Assembly (NCBI GenBank): GCA_051294905.1
Contig: CM119384.1
Location: 8,680,001-8,744,000 of the forward strand
Length of the DNA stretch: 64,000 bases
Direction: 5' to 3'
DNA from: Botryllus schlosseri
Lineage: Eukaryota
Made by a program: the position numbers and the translations under genes
Shown here: piece after piece, positions 12,501 through 27,500 of the stretch
How the letters are laid out: every line of letters begins with the position of its first letter
Position numbering within the stretch: position 1 is the stretch's first letter
The notes under the pieces: generated by a model
Databases searched by the model: none
Told to the model about the DNA's origin: nothing
Seen by the model: only the letters and a program-made list of their open reading frames with translations

Positions 12501-15500
12501 TCAATGTTTAGAAAATTGAAAATCGTGCGTCGAGTCATGACCAGAGTCATGACCACCCTGCTCTTCTGTATACAATTGCAGAAAATGACATTGAAGTGAA
12601 TTGATCTTTATGCCCTAATAGCCCTCTGCTTGGTTTGAACGGCCAATAAATCTGCCGGGTTTACAAAGCTTGAAATTCACAGAACTGGGAATTTGCTGCA
12701 TTATAAAGAGTTGACACTCACGGACACTCATCCGAAAATATCAGCAGACTAAATTATACGTGGTCGGTGGTCCTAAATGATCATCAGCAGAACACTCTGT
12801 AATTTCCCGATACCCTTAGAGTCGGCTTATAAGTGGTCCCCTCTTGGTGCAACTTGAGCAGCCAGAAGGAAAGCAAATTGCCCCAGGACACAATTTTTGT
12901 GTTAGGGTTGCTATGGTGGTAGTGGTAGAGATATTCTACACCAGAATCCCTTCCTGTCTCTCCATCATCCATTGGTCCGGCACTGGGATATGCTGTGCTT
13001 GCCGATGGCTGGTTAACCTGGGTTTTAATGTGACAACTGAGCCTGCAGATTGCGAGCCATCGCCACTGAGTCGTAAGACACAACTTATAAATTTTAGTCT
13101 ATAATTGGAGGCACACTGTGAATATTTATTCGATAAATGCTAACTATACAATGCAATATGATTGTGGTAACATACATGCATTTCCGTTCAAACAAAGATA
13201 AAAGTACAAATTCACAGTCTGACTAAATCACGTTTTACCGTTTTTTATTAAAAAACAGTCCATTTCCTCAGAATGGTACTGACAATTGTTGCACCTCCCA
13301 AAAGTACTCATTTACGGTGCCTTTTTACACCTCCTCATGCGACGCAAATATGGTCGAAAATCCGCTAAAACGTCATTTTTACACAATACAGATACATGGA
13401 CTCAATGGACCAGTTATTCTGCGTGTTCCGGCTCTTGCGGCCAAGGTCAATCTTTCAGATCGAGACGATGCGCAGCTAGCGATGGCTCCAATGCTCCATC
13501 CCTCTCTGAATGTCCAGATCCCACCAATGAAGGTGCTTTCCAGTCGCAGCCATGCAACCTGGGGGATTGCTGTAAGTTATTTATCTTTTCAATTTTGTAT
13601 TAACTCTGCAAAGAGAGAGAGAGAGTATCTTTCGGCTTCTGCCGAGTGTGCTGTTGCCACAGTGCATCAGCACTCACTGATTTAGCGACGGTTCTGTACC
13701 GCACCCTTCCGATTTAACTGGACTTGGGGACGGCCCTTCTCGAAATCAGATGTAAATTTCAATCACAAATTTTTCTTCTGATATTTACATGGAATCAGAC
13801 ACTTGGTTGAGAAGTGGTTTGAAATGAAAACCACTTGTATATGTAGTGCAAGTAGACAAAACGCACTTGGGTACTGTGAAATAGTAGAATAATTTAATTT
13901 CCGTCCACATCTGCAAATCAGTACCGTATGTGAAAGTCCTTTTACACCCCATTCCTGTATGGTGGAATTCCTGTAGAAAATCGATTGAAATGCTTTTGAA
14001 CACAATACAGATGCCTGGACTCAATGGACCAGCTATTCCACATGTTCCGCCCCATGCGGTGCAGGCCAGTCCTTCAGATCTAGACGATGTGCCGGTAGCG
14101 ATGGCTCAAATGCGCCTTCTCTCTCCGAATGTCCGGATCCGTCCAACCTGGGCGCCTTCCAGTCACAGGCATGCAACTTGGGACCGTGCTGTGAGTGACG
14201 GTTTTGATTTTGTACTGATTGCATATCATTAGGCCTTAAAAGGGCAATGACTTCTAATTATGATATGATCTTAAATCAGGTATGAAGTGTGAAAAACATT
14301 CTGGCAGTAGCCACTAGCCACAGGAATTTGAACTGCAGCTGAAAGATTTTTATTGCTTGCTATAGATCGCAGCCGCCGCGGTATTGTAAAACATGGTTCT
14401 TTCATAATATCAGCTGACAACTGTCTAAAGTTTATGGTTTGCCTTGACCGTGTCGTGAAAGTGCAATAGTGAAGAAATGCGTGTCAGAAAGTTCACAACG
14501 GGTTAAGAAGCGATAAGGTTTCACCTGGATATCACAGGGGTTGGTCAACAGTAATGGTACCGTTCTTGAAAAACCCTAGCTGCAGCTCAGCTGCGGTTGC
14601 TTTCTGAGGAAAATAGTTGCTTCCAAAACGTTCTTCTCATTTTCAATTTTAGTCTGGGACCACATATTTAGAGCGCAGTGCCCCTTCAATACTTTGGCTA
14701 TCTGGGATGCTGATGTATCTGAAATTATTATTTTTTCTGCTACTGCTCTGAAGTATTTCAACCCGTGGGCCAGTTTGCAGACAAGTCTAGAAATTCCTTC
14801 ATTGTGCGCCTCGAATTTCAGACCAATGGACCGAGTGGACCGAGTACACATCATGCTCTGCGTCTTGCGGACCTGGCCAAATCTCAAGGTCTAGGAGATG
14901 CGTCGATATTGCCACCAACATCGATTCGCCATCGCTGGCCAGTTGCCCTGATCCGTCAGGCTTGGGCGCTTTCCAGTCGCAGCCATGCAATCTGGGAGCT
15001 TGCTGTAAGTAACAGTCTGTGTAAAGGAGCGCGCATCAAAGGCTTGGTCTATGCACGTGTTGTGAGGAATAACAATGTCAGAATAATTCGCAATTCCCCA
15101 GTCAAATTCGCATTAACTCACCGTATACTGAGGTACTTTAGCACACATCGATGACATTCAAGTACATAGACATTCCCAATCAAATTTTCAAAGGTATTCC
15201 AGACTCCTTTGAATTGAATTTTGATCGATGCGCAAGTGTTGTGAGAAAGTGGTACGTGTCAATATTTAAGTGCTTTGGCCTAAAAAACTGTTACTGGAAA
15301 GTGAAAGGTGCCTAAATAAAATACTGCTTGAATATTTCAAGTATGCAAAACCCAATTTAACTAAAAAAATGTCAGTACTCCTTGATCATGAGCGTTTCTC
15401 AATACAGTCATTGTTGGAATGCCATAAATTTCAACTCAATCACAAGTAAATGCTACTATTTTAAAGACATGCTGAAGCTACTTCTGGAAGTAGAAGTAGA

Positions 15501-18500
15501 ACACGAGAAATTTTGATAAATTCTCAAGTGGGTAGTTTTAGGTAGATTGGGAGGACATGTCCGAATAAAATTCAATCTGTTACTGTCATACAGGATTTGT
15601 CGTGCCGGTTGGTATGGAAATGGAAATTGCACTGATGAAGGTGATGCAAATCCATAAAAATGCTATTTCCTACTTGATGAAACGAAAAAAAGTAATTTGA
15701 CTTTAAAAATTGTTGAGGTAAAAGCTGAAGTAGTCTAAAACGTAACTACCAAAGTAAATATTGGAAGTATACCACATCGACTTGAGTACTTTGAAAAACT
15801 CAAGTATTTCATTTGTGACCACTGACCACCTCATTTGAGCAATCTTGAAAATGGGACTTGTCTTTCCCTACATTATTTAAAATCAGCTCTCATTCAAATC
15901 AAGTGTCAACATTCCTATTTCAATGCAGCAAAAAGTCGAGTTATTGCCAGTAGATTCATGCTAAACAACCAGTTAGTCAAATAAGTTCGACAGATCTGAA
16001 TATTTGCGATTAGGGCACTGGCTGTTGAACTCTTGTCATGAGCGATGATCCGCAAAGTCACAATTTCAATATCGCAGCATCCGTCGTCACCTCCAAATTA
16101 TATTGCTCACAGATTCTTGGACTCAATGGAGCAGTTATTCTACGTGCTCCGCCCCATGCGGTGACGGCCAGACGTTCAGATCGAGACGATGCGCTGCTAG
16201 CGATGGATCAAACGCGCCTTCTCTCTCCGAATGCCCTGATCCCACCAATGCCGGAGCCTTCCAGTCGCAAGCGTGTAATCTAGGACCCTGTTGTAAGTAA
16301 ACCGTATTGCTTTGTTGTCTAATTCCAGCGGTTCTATTATCAGCTGCTCTATTATCTTATCTGCCAAAGTCACAATGTACAAGGTGATACACGTGACTCA
16401 ATACGCTGAAATAAGCAGATAGGAGTATGTGGTATATGGTCAAACATTCTAATGTTCTCCTTGGCATACTGGTATTTCTAGTATTAATGCTCGATGTGAT
16501 TGGTATTCTATCTTCCTTATTTACCCTATTTTCACTGCTCTTTTCATTCTTTTCTTAGTAGCCTATATATGTGTCATCGAGTCTTTCTCTTGGTTTTTTA
16601 ATAAAGACGTCATAAGAACTGTGACGCAGGTGAGGAAGAACCCAAATGTACCATCGACAGTTTGAAACGTTTTACAGCCGAGATTTCAACTTCAGTCTGA
16701 CAGTGGATTAACCAACTTCGTCAACTACCCCATTATGAAAAAGGCCTATTGAAGATTTCCTGTAAGGCTATATTCAGCGGCTCTATTATTTTCATTCACT
16801 CTGTTCAAGGCGTACAATGAATAATGCAATGTAATAACATCCACATTATGGGCAGCTTCTATCTCTAGTACAGGGGTACATAACCCGAGTTCAATCGGAT
16901 TGCATTTGCGATTATAATCATTTTGGGAGGAATTTTGAAATCCTTGATTTACATTGCTGTTTGACTATCCACGACAAATAGATTCTTGGACGCAATGGAC
17001 ATCGTATTCCGTTTGCTCTGCACCGTGCGGGGCCGGTCAAACCTTCCGATCAAGAAGGTGTGCTGCAAGCGATGGCACGTCCGCACCCTCATTATCCGCC
17101 TGTCCCGATCCACAGAACCTCGGCTCATTCCAGAGCCAGTCCTGCAACCTGGGACCTTGTTGTGAGCATGAATCCGTCTGAGATTCGTCGAGATTTCTCC
17201 GAATCCTTTTTTTATTCCTATTTTTACAACTGTGACTGATTGATCGACTATCAACAGATGGCTGGACTGTCTGGACCGAATACAGCGTGTGTTCCGCCAC
17301 CTGCGGAGATGGATCAATCAGCAGGTCCAGGAGATGTGTGGATCTTGCTACAAACATCGATTCGCCTTCCCTAGCAAACTGTGACGATCCGCAAGGTTTG
17401 GGAGCTTTCCAGTCTCAGCCATGCAACTTGGGACCGTGTTGTGAGTATATTGAAAGTGTTAGTTCCTATTCTTCTACTCGTAGTAGCAATTGGGTGAAGG
17501 TAACCCCTTTTATGAGTGTTGCTCTTAAACGCTAGTTTGTCGAAAATTCCAAATAGCGTGCTCGAAAGAAAATTAAATTCGACATCACCTCTTATTTTGT
17601 CTTGCAAGTCATGTTGTCTCACATTATTTTTCACTTTGTGCACATGCCTCACTTTAGCATGTCAATTTTTATTACTATTGTTGGCTGAAGTGGCCGTTAC
17701 ATTAATAGCCGAGTTGTTCCGACTCGTTAATATCTTTTCTTGTAACACAATGTTGTGGTGAGTTGAACTGACGAAAACAACGACGATTGTCCAATGTTGG
17801 TTTAAGCATTGTTTGATTTTACCTGTTGTATTTTTCGGGCCATCGCGGCCGATTAGTATTTTGTCTGTACGCATCTGAAGGGTTATGACTTATGATCTAT
17901 TATTGCGCAGATTCCTGGACTCAATGGACCAGTTACTCGCAATGTTCGGAAACGTGCGGCAATGGTCAGTCTTTCAGAAGTAGGCGATGCGCCGCTGGCG
18001 ATGGCTCGAATGCTCCGTCTCTGTCTGAATGTCCAGATCCGTCCAACGCTGGCGCTTTCCAATCGCGAGCATGTAACCTTGGACCATGCTGTGAGTAGTA
18101 CAACACGTCTGTATCGGTAATATCTAGATTCAATCTCAATTTTCATATCATATTATTATACATACAATACATAGGTCTAGCATTGTCTCCATAGGGACCA
18201 AGAGCACTGCGACCAATGTAACTAAAACATCCTTCAAGTAAAGAGAGCATGAAAGGTTGATAGTTACAAATTGAATTTCCTGTGATGGTGTGGCTTTTGA
18301 AAATCTCCTGATGTCGGTATAGTTCCGATTAATAAAATTTTGCATCAGTGTTGAAGAGTGTTCCTTTGATATGATATACTGGTAGTCTATTTTAAAACTG
18401 GATCTGGATTCCATATGAAAGCCTTAATGTAATGTAAATGATTTAAGAATCATTATAATGTGCAATAGCACTATAATAGATAAAAATGTGCAATAGACGC

Positions 18501-21500
18501 TGTATCTCTTGCTACCAATAAATTCGAAGTGCTTCTTGGAGGTGCAGAACTTCAATATACAGTTGAATAATATATTATTACTGAAATGAATCCAAATATT
18601 TTCGGCTGGGTTAATCTTGAGCAACTAGTGTAGAACTGGAAAAAACATCGTATATCAAAAATTGTACCACAAAATATGACGTCACGTGCATGAAATTTCG
18701 AATAATCGGACAAAGAAGTGATAAATTCTAATCTAACATGTGCTGTGCATAAGCTAGGAAAACCATGGCCTACGTGAACCCTGTTAGAGCTCTCCAATGC
18801 TAACCTTGTAACACCGCGATATGCTAGAATTCCCACCAATTGATTTCTCGGGAACTGATTTTTTCCCTCTAAACTAGTGTCGGCTAATATTTGTTCCACG
18901 GCTTGCATCTATTGTTCTGATTGTGACTGGATGTCCGGTTTTGTTTGCAGACGGATGGACGGCCTGGACCGAATACACCGCGTGTTCCGCCACCTGCGGA
19001 AGTGGATCAATCAGCAGATCAAGGAGATGTGTTGATCTGGCCACAAACATCGATTCGCCTTCCCTCAGCAGCTGCGCCGATCCGCTAAATTTGGGAGCTT
19101 TCCAATCTCAGCCGTGCAATTTGGGACCTTGCTGTGAGTACATGCGTGCTTTGTGTAATTATGAAGTTCTTTCTTGAATGTCCGCTTGCCCCAAAAGTGA
19201 CGTAGTAGTTGCAGCATCGTTTTCTCGTATTTTGCAAGTGCCCATGACCAATTGACTAGCATGAACTAAAATAGCAATGATACATTCGGCAGATTCTAGT
19301 AATGACTAGAATTGCTTTTTTCTCGTTGTATCCACAATGCACAACCCACATACCATATTATTTACTCCACTACTATTTTGTTTGGCAGTGTCAAAACGTT
19401 TCGTTTGTTCTATACAGATTCCTGGACACAATGGACCAGTTACTCGCAATGTTCGGAAACGTGCGGAAATGGCCAGTCCTTCAGAAGTAGGCGATGCGCC
19501 GCTAACGATGGCTCAAATGCTCCATCTCTGTCTGAATGTCCGGATCCATCCAACGCTGGCGCTTTCCAATCGCAAGCATGTAACCTTGGACCATGCTGTG
19601 AGTGGTATAAGACATCTATCTTGATAATTTCTATATTGGCAGGATCTCATTGCTCGTAGTTGTGTTCAGTGATCTGTTGATAGTCTATTTCCGAGCTCCT
19701 GTATAATAATTCCTGTGTCGTTGCTATAAGCTATCGATGGTGACGTCAGTATATCACCATATCTTGTTGGGTATTCCGGTAAACGTAGCATAAAATACTG
19801 TCTCCACTCCGAAGAGCTTCTCGGAGGTACAGAACTTGAACATGAACATACATACAGTTGAATAGTACACTCGTCAGGGGTAATCTAGTGGAGAATTGGA
19901 AAGAACATTGTATATCAACAATCGTATCTCGAAATATGACGTCACCAGCATGAAATGAAATCTCAAATAAGAGAGCGTTCAATGTACTATTTTAAGATGA
20001 TACACAAACTCCTTTTGTTGACAAAGTTTGGGCTGATGTATTCTGGTAAAGGTCGACTCCAAGGCACACAGATTAAAGTGTGTCTCCACTTCATATTCGA
20101 TTTTGGATTTGAGAATCTGTTTTGACAAATTTTGACACCATCCTCGCGGACAGAATAGACCAGAACCATTGCTCAGCTGTGCAATCCGCACTCTTTAACC
20201 ACGATTCCTGATTCTGTAAGCCTCGGGACTTGCCTGAACCAGCCATGCAAACCGGCGCAGTGTGTAAAGAGTATACACCAATAGATTGAAATGGCATAAT
20301 GTCATAGAATAAAAATTGGCATCCATTAGTTTGAACGAGATTGACTGGAAAATGTTATTTACAGACGGTTGGACTGCGTGGACCGAATACACAGTCTGTT
20401 CTGCCACCTGCGGAAATGGACAAATCAGCAGATCAAGGAGATGCGTGGATCTTGCTACAAACATCGATTCGCCTTCTCTGTCAAGCTGTCCCGATCCACA
20501 AAATTTGGGAGCCTTCCAATCTCAGCCGTGCAACTTGGGACCTTGCTGTGAGTACACTCTTGGTATTCATGGTGTTAAAATTGATAATCTTGATGTTGGC
20601 CTAACTGCCCTTCACTGCTGGGTACGTCATGTCCTATTTTTCAAAGGGTGGCATGACCAATATTTATTAATTCGATAGTTCCTGTGTTCTGTAGAATGGC
20701 TCCTTTTATTGATTACAGCTGATGCTTTATCATATCATTAACTTTGTGTCCATAGTATTGCAGTCATCACCTACTGTATTACTCTACTGCCATGTGAAAA
20801 TTGCAAAATTGTCAGTCAGCGTAAAAACATCTCAATTCCGTGACACAGATTCGTGGACCCAATGGACCAGTTATTCGGAATGTTCGCAGACATGCGGAAA
20901 CGGCCAGTCCTTCAGAAGCAGACGATGTGCTGCCAGTGATGGCTCAAACGCTCCGTCCCTGTCTGAATGTCCAGATCCGACCAACGCTGGTGCATTCCAG
21001 TCGCAAGCATGTAACCTTGGACCGTGCTGTAAGTAGTGGGACACACCTGGGGGCGTATTTTGAAACTGTCTTATAATATCTAGTCTGCTTTCAGTGGATA
21101 TCTATGTTCACGTCAATATTTCTCTGATAACGATTTTTGGGTTAACATATTGAAAATTACTTGACCACTTCTTCATCGATAAAGGATATCAGTCAGTAGC
21201 CGTGCTTCAAGAATGGTGTTATTTTTTTCAATAAACACAAAATCAATGAATTGTGTGCTGACAACACTGTTGTGTAGATAAATGTGTGATAACTATAGTA
21301 ACGAGGTTAGTATTATGTTCTGTTTGCTGTGCATCCCTAGGCTCCAGTTAACCTACTATTCCAGCCTTCCTCACTCTGACTGATTAGCTGACGTTGTTCA
21401 CAGACGGTTGGACTGCCTGGACCGAATACACCGTGTGTTCCGCCACCTGCGGAAATGGACAAATCAGCAGGTCCAGGAGATGCGTGGATCTCGCTACAAA

Positions 21501-24500
21501 CATCGATTCGCCTTCCCTAGAAAACTGTGACGATCCGCAAGGTTTGGGAGCTTTCCAGTCTCAACCATGCAACTTGGGACCGTGCTGTGAGTATATTAAA
21601 AGATTTAGTTCATATTCGTCTACTCATAGTAGCAATTTGATGAAGATAACCCCATTTTATGAGTGCTGCTCTTAAACGGTACTTTGCCAAAAATTCCGAA
21701 TAGTGTGCTCGAAAGAAAATTCAATTTGATATCACCTTATATTTTGTCTTGCAAGTCATGTTTTATCCCAGCATTTTTCATTTTGTGTGCAACTGTGCAT
21801 GCCTCACATTAGCATGTGTATTTTTATTACTAATGTTGGCCATGATGGCCGTTTCATCAGTAGCCGAGTTGTTACGACTGGTTACCATCTTTTCTTGTAA
21901 CGCAATGTTGCGGTGTGTTAAACTGACAGAAACAACGACAATGCCCCAAAATTGGTTTAAGATTTGCTTAATTTCAGCTGTTGCATTTTTCGGGCCAGCT
22001 CGGCCGATTAGTATTTTGTCCGTACGTATCTGAATGGTCTGATTGATTCTTGCGCAGATTCGTGGACTCAATGGACCAGTTACTCGCAATGTTCGGAAAC
22101 GTGCGGCAACGGCCAGTCCTTCAGAAGTAGGCGATGCGCCGCTAGCGATGGCTCGAATGCACCATCTCTGTCCGAATGTCCGGATCCGTCCAACGCCGGC
22201 GCCTTCCAGTCTCAAGCGTGTAACCTTGGACCATGCTGTGAGTGCTGTAACGCGTCTATATTGGTAATATCTTGGCCGGATCTCATTTTTTGTATCCATA
22301 CCAATGATTAGGGCCATTTAAAGTCATATTTTTTTTCTATGCATCAGTAAGTCCTGCAATCAATTTTAACGTAAAAACCGTATCCCTATGGGGTGTATTA
22401 AGAAAGTTATGAAGTCATATAAAGTCATATTTTCCTGGTTAGGTCATATTCAAGTTATAAAGTCATATTGCTGTATGCTTTAAATATTAAGTGCCAATTT
22501 AAGCGGTGAAGCGATTAAGCACTAACTAAGTAAGGCAAACTATATGGTTAGCCTACACAACATTACAGTCACAGACCTATGAGGTCACACATTGCATTAT
22601 GTGGTCAGATATTGCATCATGTTGCTACAAAATTTATTTTACTTCTGTGCACTGAAGTGGGACGTCATTTGAAGTTCAGTCAGTCGGCAGGCAAGCTGAA
22701 AAGCTCAGTCTTGGTCTACTTATGTACAAATGCATTACAACTAGTAGCAAACTGAAGAATATAACAGTTGAATATATACACTTAACTTCAAGTTTATTCA
22801 TAAGAGACTTAGATACAGAGAGAATATCTGGTTCAGCATGCCAAAAGTGAGAGAATATAATGCAGCGAAAGTCAAAGCTGCTATAAATGAATCTAAGAAC
22901 TTCAAAATCTCCCCTACAGAGAAAGTGTCCTGTCAGATATGCAGTTGCATTGTGAAGCATGAGAAACGTTTTTTTGCTGAACAGCATCTTGCAACACTCA
23001 TGCATAAGGAATGGGTGGAAGCAAGAACGACCCGCTCCTTAGCTCTGCAACAAGCATTCTCTGCAACTGTTATGTTGTGTATGTTTTACTCGCCTGTTCC
23101 ATGAGTTGGTTACATGTAAAAATACACGATTTTCACATAAAGTCATATAAAGTCATATTTTCCAAAAAATAAAGTCATATAATTGATTTTTTAAGGTCAT
23201 ATAAAAATGACCCTACCAATGATGCACCATCGGAGAATATCCAAGACGACATCAATATTTCTCTGTACCGTGGTATTCAAAAAGACTTGTCGACATTTCA
23301 TTCAATGATAATTTTGCAAATGATGATTTTCATATTACTTTACTGTTGTATATTCTGTACATATTGTCAGTTCGTTGTCTACTGTACTAGTACTGGAACT
23401 TTGATAGCTATCCATAAGTCTCCCAGTATGAGTGAGGATGACACCTTTTGAAGGTGTTCTGGTGTGAGTTAATATTTTAATCCTCGACTAAACTTGGTTT
23501 TGGCAGCCGGTAGCCGTGCTTCAGGAATCCCATGTGAACACACCTATGCGATATTGAAAAAAGAGCATAAAATCATTGCATTGTGTTGTTGACAACACAA
23601 TGGTGTATACGTGTATGTGAATGATATTCACGGCTGCGGTAGACATTGAGGACAATCATCCTGCTATGTCAATGTCAGGTGTGTAGTAATCCATCGCTTA
23701 CAAGTAACCTGCTTAACCGTCTCCACCAATTAATTGATGGAAATGACACTGAATCGCTCATCTTGAACAGATGTTACATCGTATTTTATACATGGCTGGC
23801 ATGTGTCGTTTTCGCTGCAACTGATTGCCGACGTTTTTTACAGACGGCTGGACTGCCTGGACCGAATACACAGTGTGTTCCGCCACTTGCGGAAGCGGAT
23901 CAATCAGCAGGTCCAGGAGATGCGTGGATCTCGCTACAAACATCGATTCGCCTTCCCTAGCAAATTGTGACGATCCGCAAAATTTGGGAGCCTTCCAGTC
24001 TCAGCCATGCAACTTGGGACCTTGCTGTGAGTATAACCCGTCATCCGAACTGTTGACTATCCAATTTTATAAGTGTTGCATTTGAATTGTAATCGCTGCT
24101 AGGTACTGCGCCAGCTGTTCATTTCCTTTGTGCAGAAAATTCCGAATAGTTCGTTGTAATATATAAAATATAAGTAAAATATCAGTTTTGCGAGTACTGA
24201 AATTTTATGCCGCTTGCCACTAAGAGTTGAGTAATCGATCAGAATTACAGTTTCAACATTCTTCTCAACTGCGGTAGGCTGTGAGTCTCGATTGGGCGTA
24301 TCATGGTACACGAAACATGCACCGTAATGCAAAGCTACAAACGTTAGTGGAATGACATATCTGTGAAGTCATGGTTACATTTGGAAACGTTAATGATATC
24401 ACTACAGAATGATGTTCTGAATCCCTTGGGGTTGGTAAATCCTAATCAAAAATGCACATGTACGCAAACTCGTACCTGCACCCTATTGGGTCTTTCCGCT

Positions 24501-27500
24501 GCGTAGCCCTGCGACATCTTCAAGTTCACATCAATTGATTTTATAGGTACTAATTATGTAGCATGTTCATCGGCGTACCATCTACGTATTCATCAGTGTC
24601 AATTTGAAATTGTCGATATCTGCTTACGCTGCTTTGATATTGTCTGTGGTCCGGCAGAAATTTCTGATACGACGGCTTGTTTTCTTCCGAGTTTGACTGC
24701 GAAAGATGCCAGTCACGAAAGGCGTCTTTGGAATCAATTTAAAACATTTATGCGTTGTACAAAACCGTTTCTTGTTCGCTATCATAATCTGCACAAGCAG
24801 AATATTGAAACCCCAGATTGACACCGCTGTTTTGAATTACCACAACAAATAGATTCGTGGACACAATGGACCTCATATTCCGTTTGCTCTGCACCGTGCG
24901 GGGCTGGTCAATCCTTCCGATCTAGACGGTGTGCTGCAAGTGACGGCACGTCCGCACCCTCTTTGTCCGCTTGCCCCGATCCACAAAACCTCGGCTCTTT
25001 CCAGAGCCAGGCCTGCAACCTGGGACCTTGCTGTGAGCATGAATCCTTCCGAGATTCGTCGAGAATTCTCCGAATCCTTTTTTGTTTCGATGTGGTTTCG
25101 ACTTTGACCGATTGAACGACTGTCGACAGATGGCTGGACGGTCTGGACCGAATACAGCGTGTGTTCTGCCACCTGCGGAGATGGACAAATCAGCAGGTCC
25201 AGGAGATGCGTGGATCTCGCTACAAACATCGATTCGCCTTCCCTCAGCAACTGTGATGATCCACAAAATTTGGGAGCGTTCCAATCTCAGCCGTGCAACT
25301 TGGGACCATGCTGTGAGTAGACACAATTATGCGTGCTTGGCACAACATTTAAGATGTTGCGGTAGAATTTAGAGCCACGAACAAGGCTGCCAATAAGATT
25401 TCTTATAAGATTAGTCCTTATTTTTAACTTGTGTCCTTGGTTTGCCGTTATTTTCAATGCTCACCATGGGTAACAATGTATTCACGAACAATATTCATGT
25501 GGGTTTACAAGTAAACCCAATGACGACAATGCCATGATTAAGACTAGCTGAAAGTCCTGATGTTTTTTAGTCAGCAGTTTATCTGTTTTTATCTGTCCTT
25601 ACTTTTTGATCCATCTCATTGACATCCCTGATTACCACTTTTTGTAACTTCTGATCACTTTGTCGGGATTGTTACTATGACAGAATCGCATACAGGATAG
25701 TGGCTGTGACACGGCCGATGTTGTCAATCAAATCAGTGTTACGTCCAATTTCGTACCGCATGTAATCTAAGCTACATTAGGCAATGTATATGCCTCAAAA
25801 CATCAAGGACAAAAATAAAAGTGTTCTATTCCTATTTCCAACTCAGAAAATGAGAAATACCTTGGAGTTTTACTAGACTCGAACATGTCCTGGAAGAGTC
25901 ACATTCAGTCACAAGAAAAAAATGATCACAGAACTGTGGTTTGTTCTACAGCCTTAGACTACATACCAGTCTGGGTCCTTCTGATACTCTTTAAATCATT
26001 TTTCCAATCATAGGTTTCAATTGGCATCATCTGTTGGGCGGCGGCCTGTGTTAGCGCACTGAAGCCACTGCAAAAACTACGACATCAGGTCCTCTGTATC
26101 ATAGCCAGGGCCCCAAAGGGACAAGGATGTGTGTCCAACAAATCACTGCTCAATTGCTTATATCATAAACATAAAAGATATGCGGAAACTAGAAATTGAC
26201 AAGTTTATGTACGAGTTCCTCTGCACCGAAAACTTCAACAACTTCTTTACCTCGGTATTAAAAGTCCATAAGTACGACATTCATGCGACTAGGTCATCCA
26301 ACTACCGTATGGTAGACAAAAAAGATCATCACTCTATCAAATATCCAGGACTTGATTTGTGGAACAGTATCTCGCCGGCTATCCGACAGTCATCGAGCAT
26401 GTCCACATTCAAGTCGAAATACAAACAATTTACACTGAATCATTACTGGTTACTAGTTAGCCCTATAGTTTACCGGACCACGACCTGACATAACGATATC
26501 GCCTTCCGTCACGTGACACCTTTTTTGTCGCCTGTCCTTTTATATTGTCTTCTTTTACTTTTCATTCATTGTGCATGCCTCCTTTTTTATATCGCCTAGG
26601 CCAGGTGGGGGTGTCTGATTTCGAAGACTACTCCAAGTCTTTTCGACACCTTAGTATCTTTCATTGTATCGCAGTTTCGTGGTGTATCGAAATGATAAAA
26701 TTTTCAGCAAAGAATTAAATTGAACCAAGTATCGAGTGTTGACTTGGGAATTGTTGCACGCAGATTCCTGGACTCAATGGACCAGTTATTCGGAATGTTC
26801 CGCCTCATGCGGCAACGGCCAGTCCTTCAGAAGCAGGCGATGTGCCGCCAGCGATGGCTCAAATGCTCCGTCCCTGTCTGAATGTCCGGATCCGACCAAC
26901 GCTGGTGCATTCCAGTCGCAAGCATGTAACCTTGGACCGTGCTGTAAGTAGTATGACACACCTATCGTGGTAATATCTTGACTGGATCCCATTTTTCATA
27001 TCCATTCTAATCATAAACTGGTGGTGTATTTTGAAACTGTCACATAATGTCTAATTTGCCTTGGGTGGATATCTAGGTTCATTGTTCACGTCAATATTTC
27101 TGTGATAACGATTTTTGGGTTAACACATCGAAATATACTTTAACCATTTCTTCGTGGATACAGGATATCGATCAGTGTAGCCATGCTTCAAGAATGATAT
27201 AATTTTTTCAATAAACGTTTTAAAAATATCCCAAAATATGTAGTGAGAGCAAACTTTGTACAAATCAAGCGTCAGTAGATAATGCACATGTAACGGCCTT
27301 CCAGGACTTGATTTGATGTGTGAATAGAGAGTGGAATTATTACCAGCAACTTGGCAATTATGATTACTGAGTTAAAATAGGCGCCTACCGCCTTTTATCG
27401 AGGATTATTTCGCATACCAATTGCAATAACAGTATTCTTGGCATATCCAACGGCAGTTCAGAATTAGGAGTTCTTGCTAACAATGTCCGTTTTCCGTCAA

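Noticed and set aside
17182-17205. Small hairpin GATTCG..GAGA/TCTC..CGAATC in the 96/97-nt introns (also ~25053-25076)
   Set aside because: Its presence in both copies is explained by recent duplication, with no evidence of selection.
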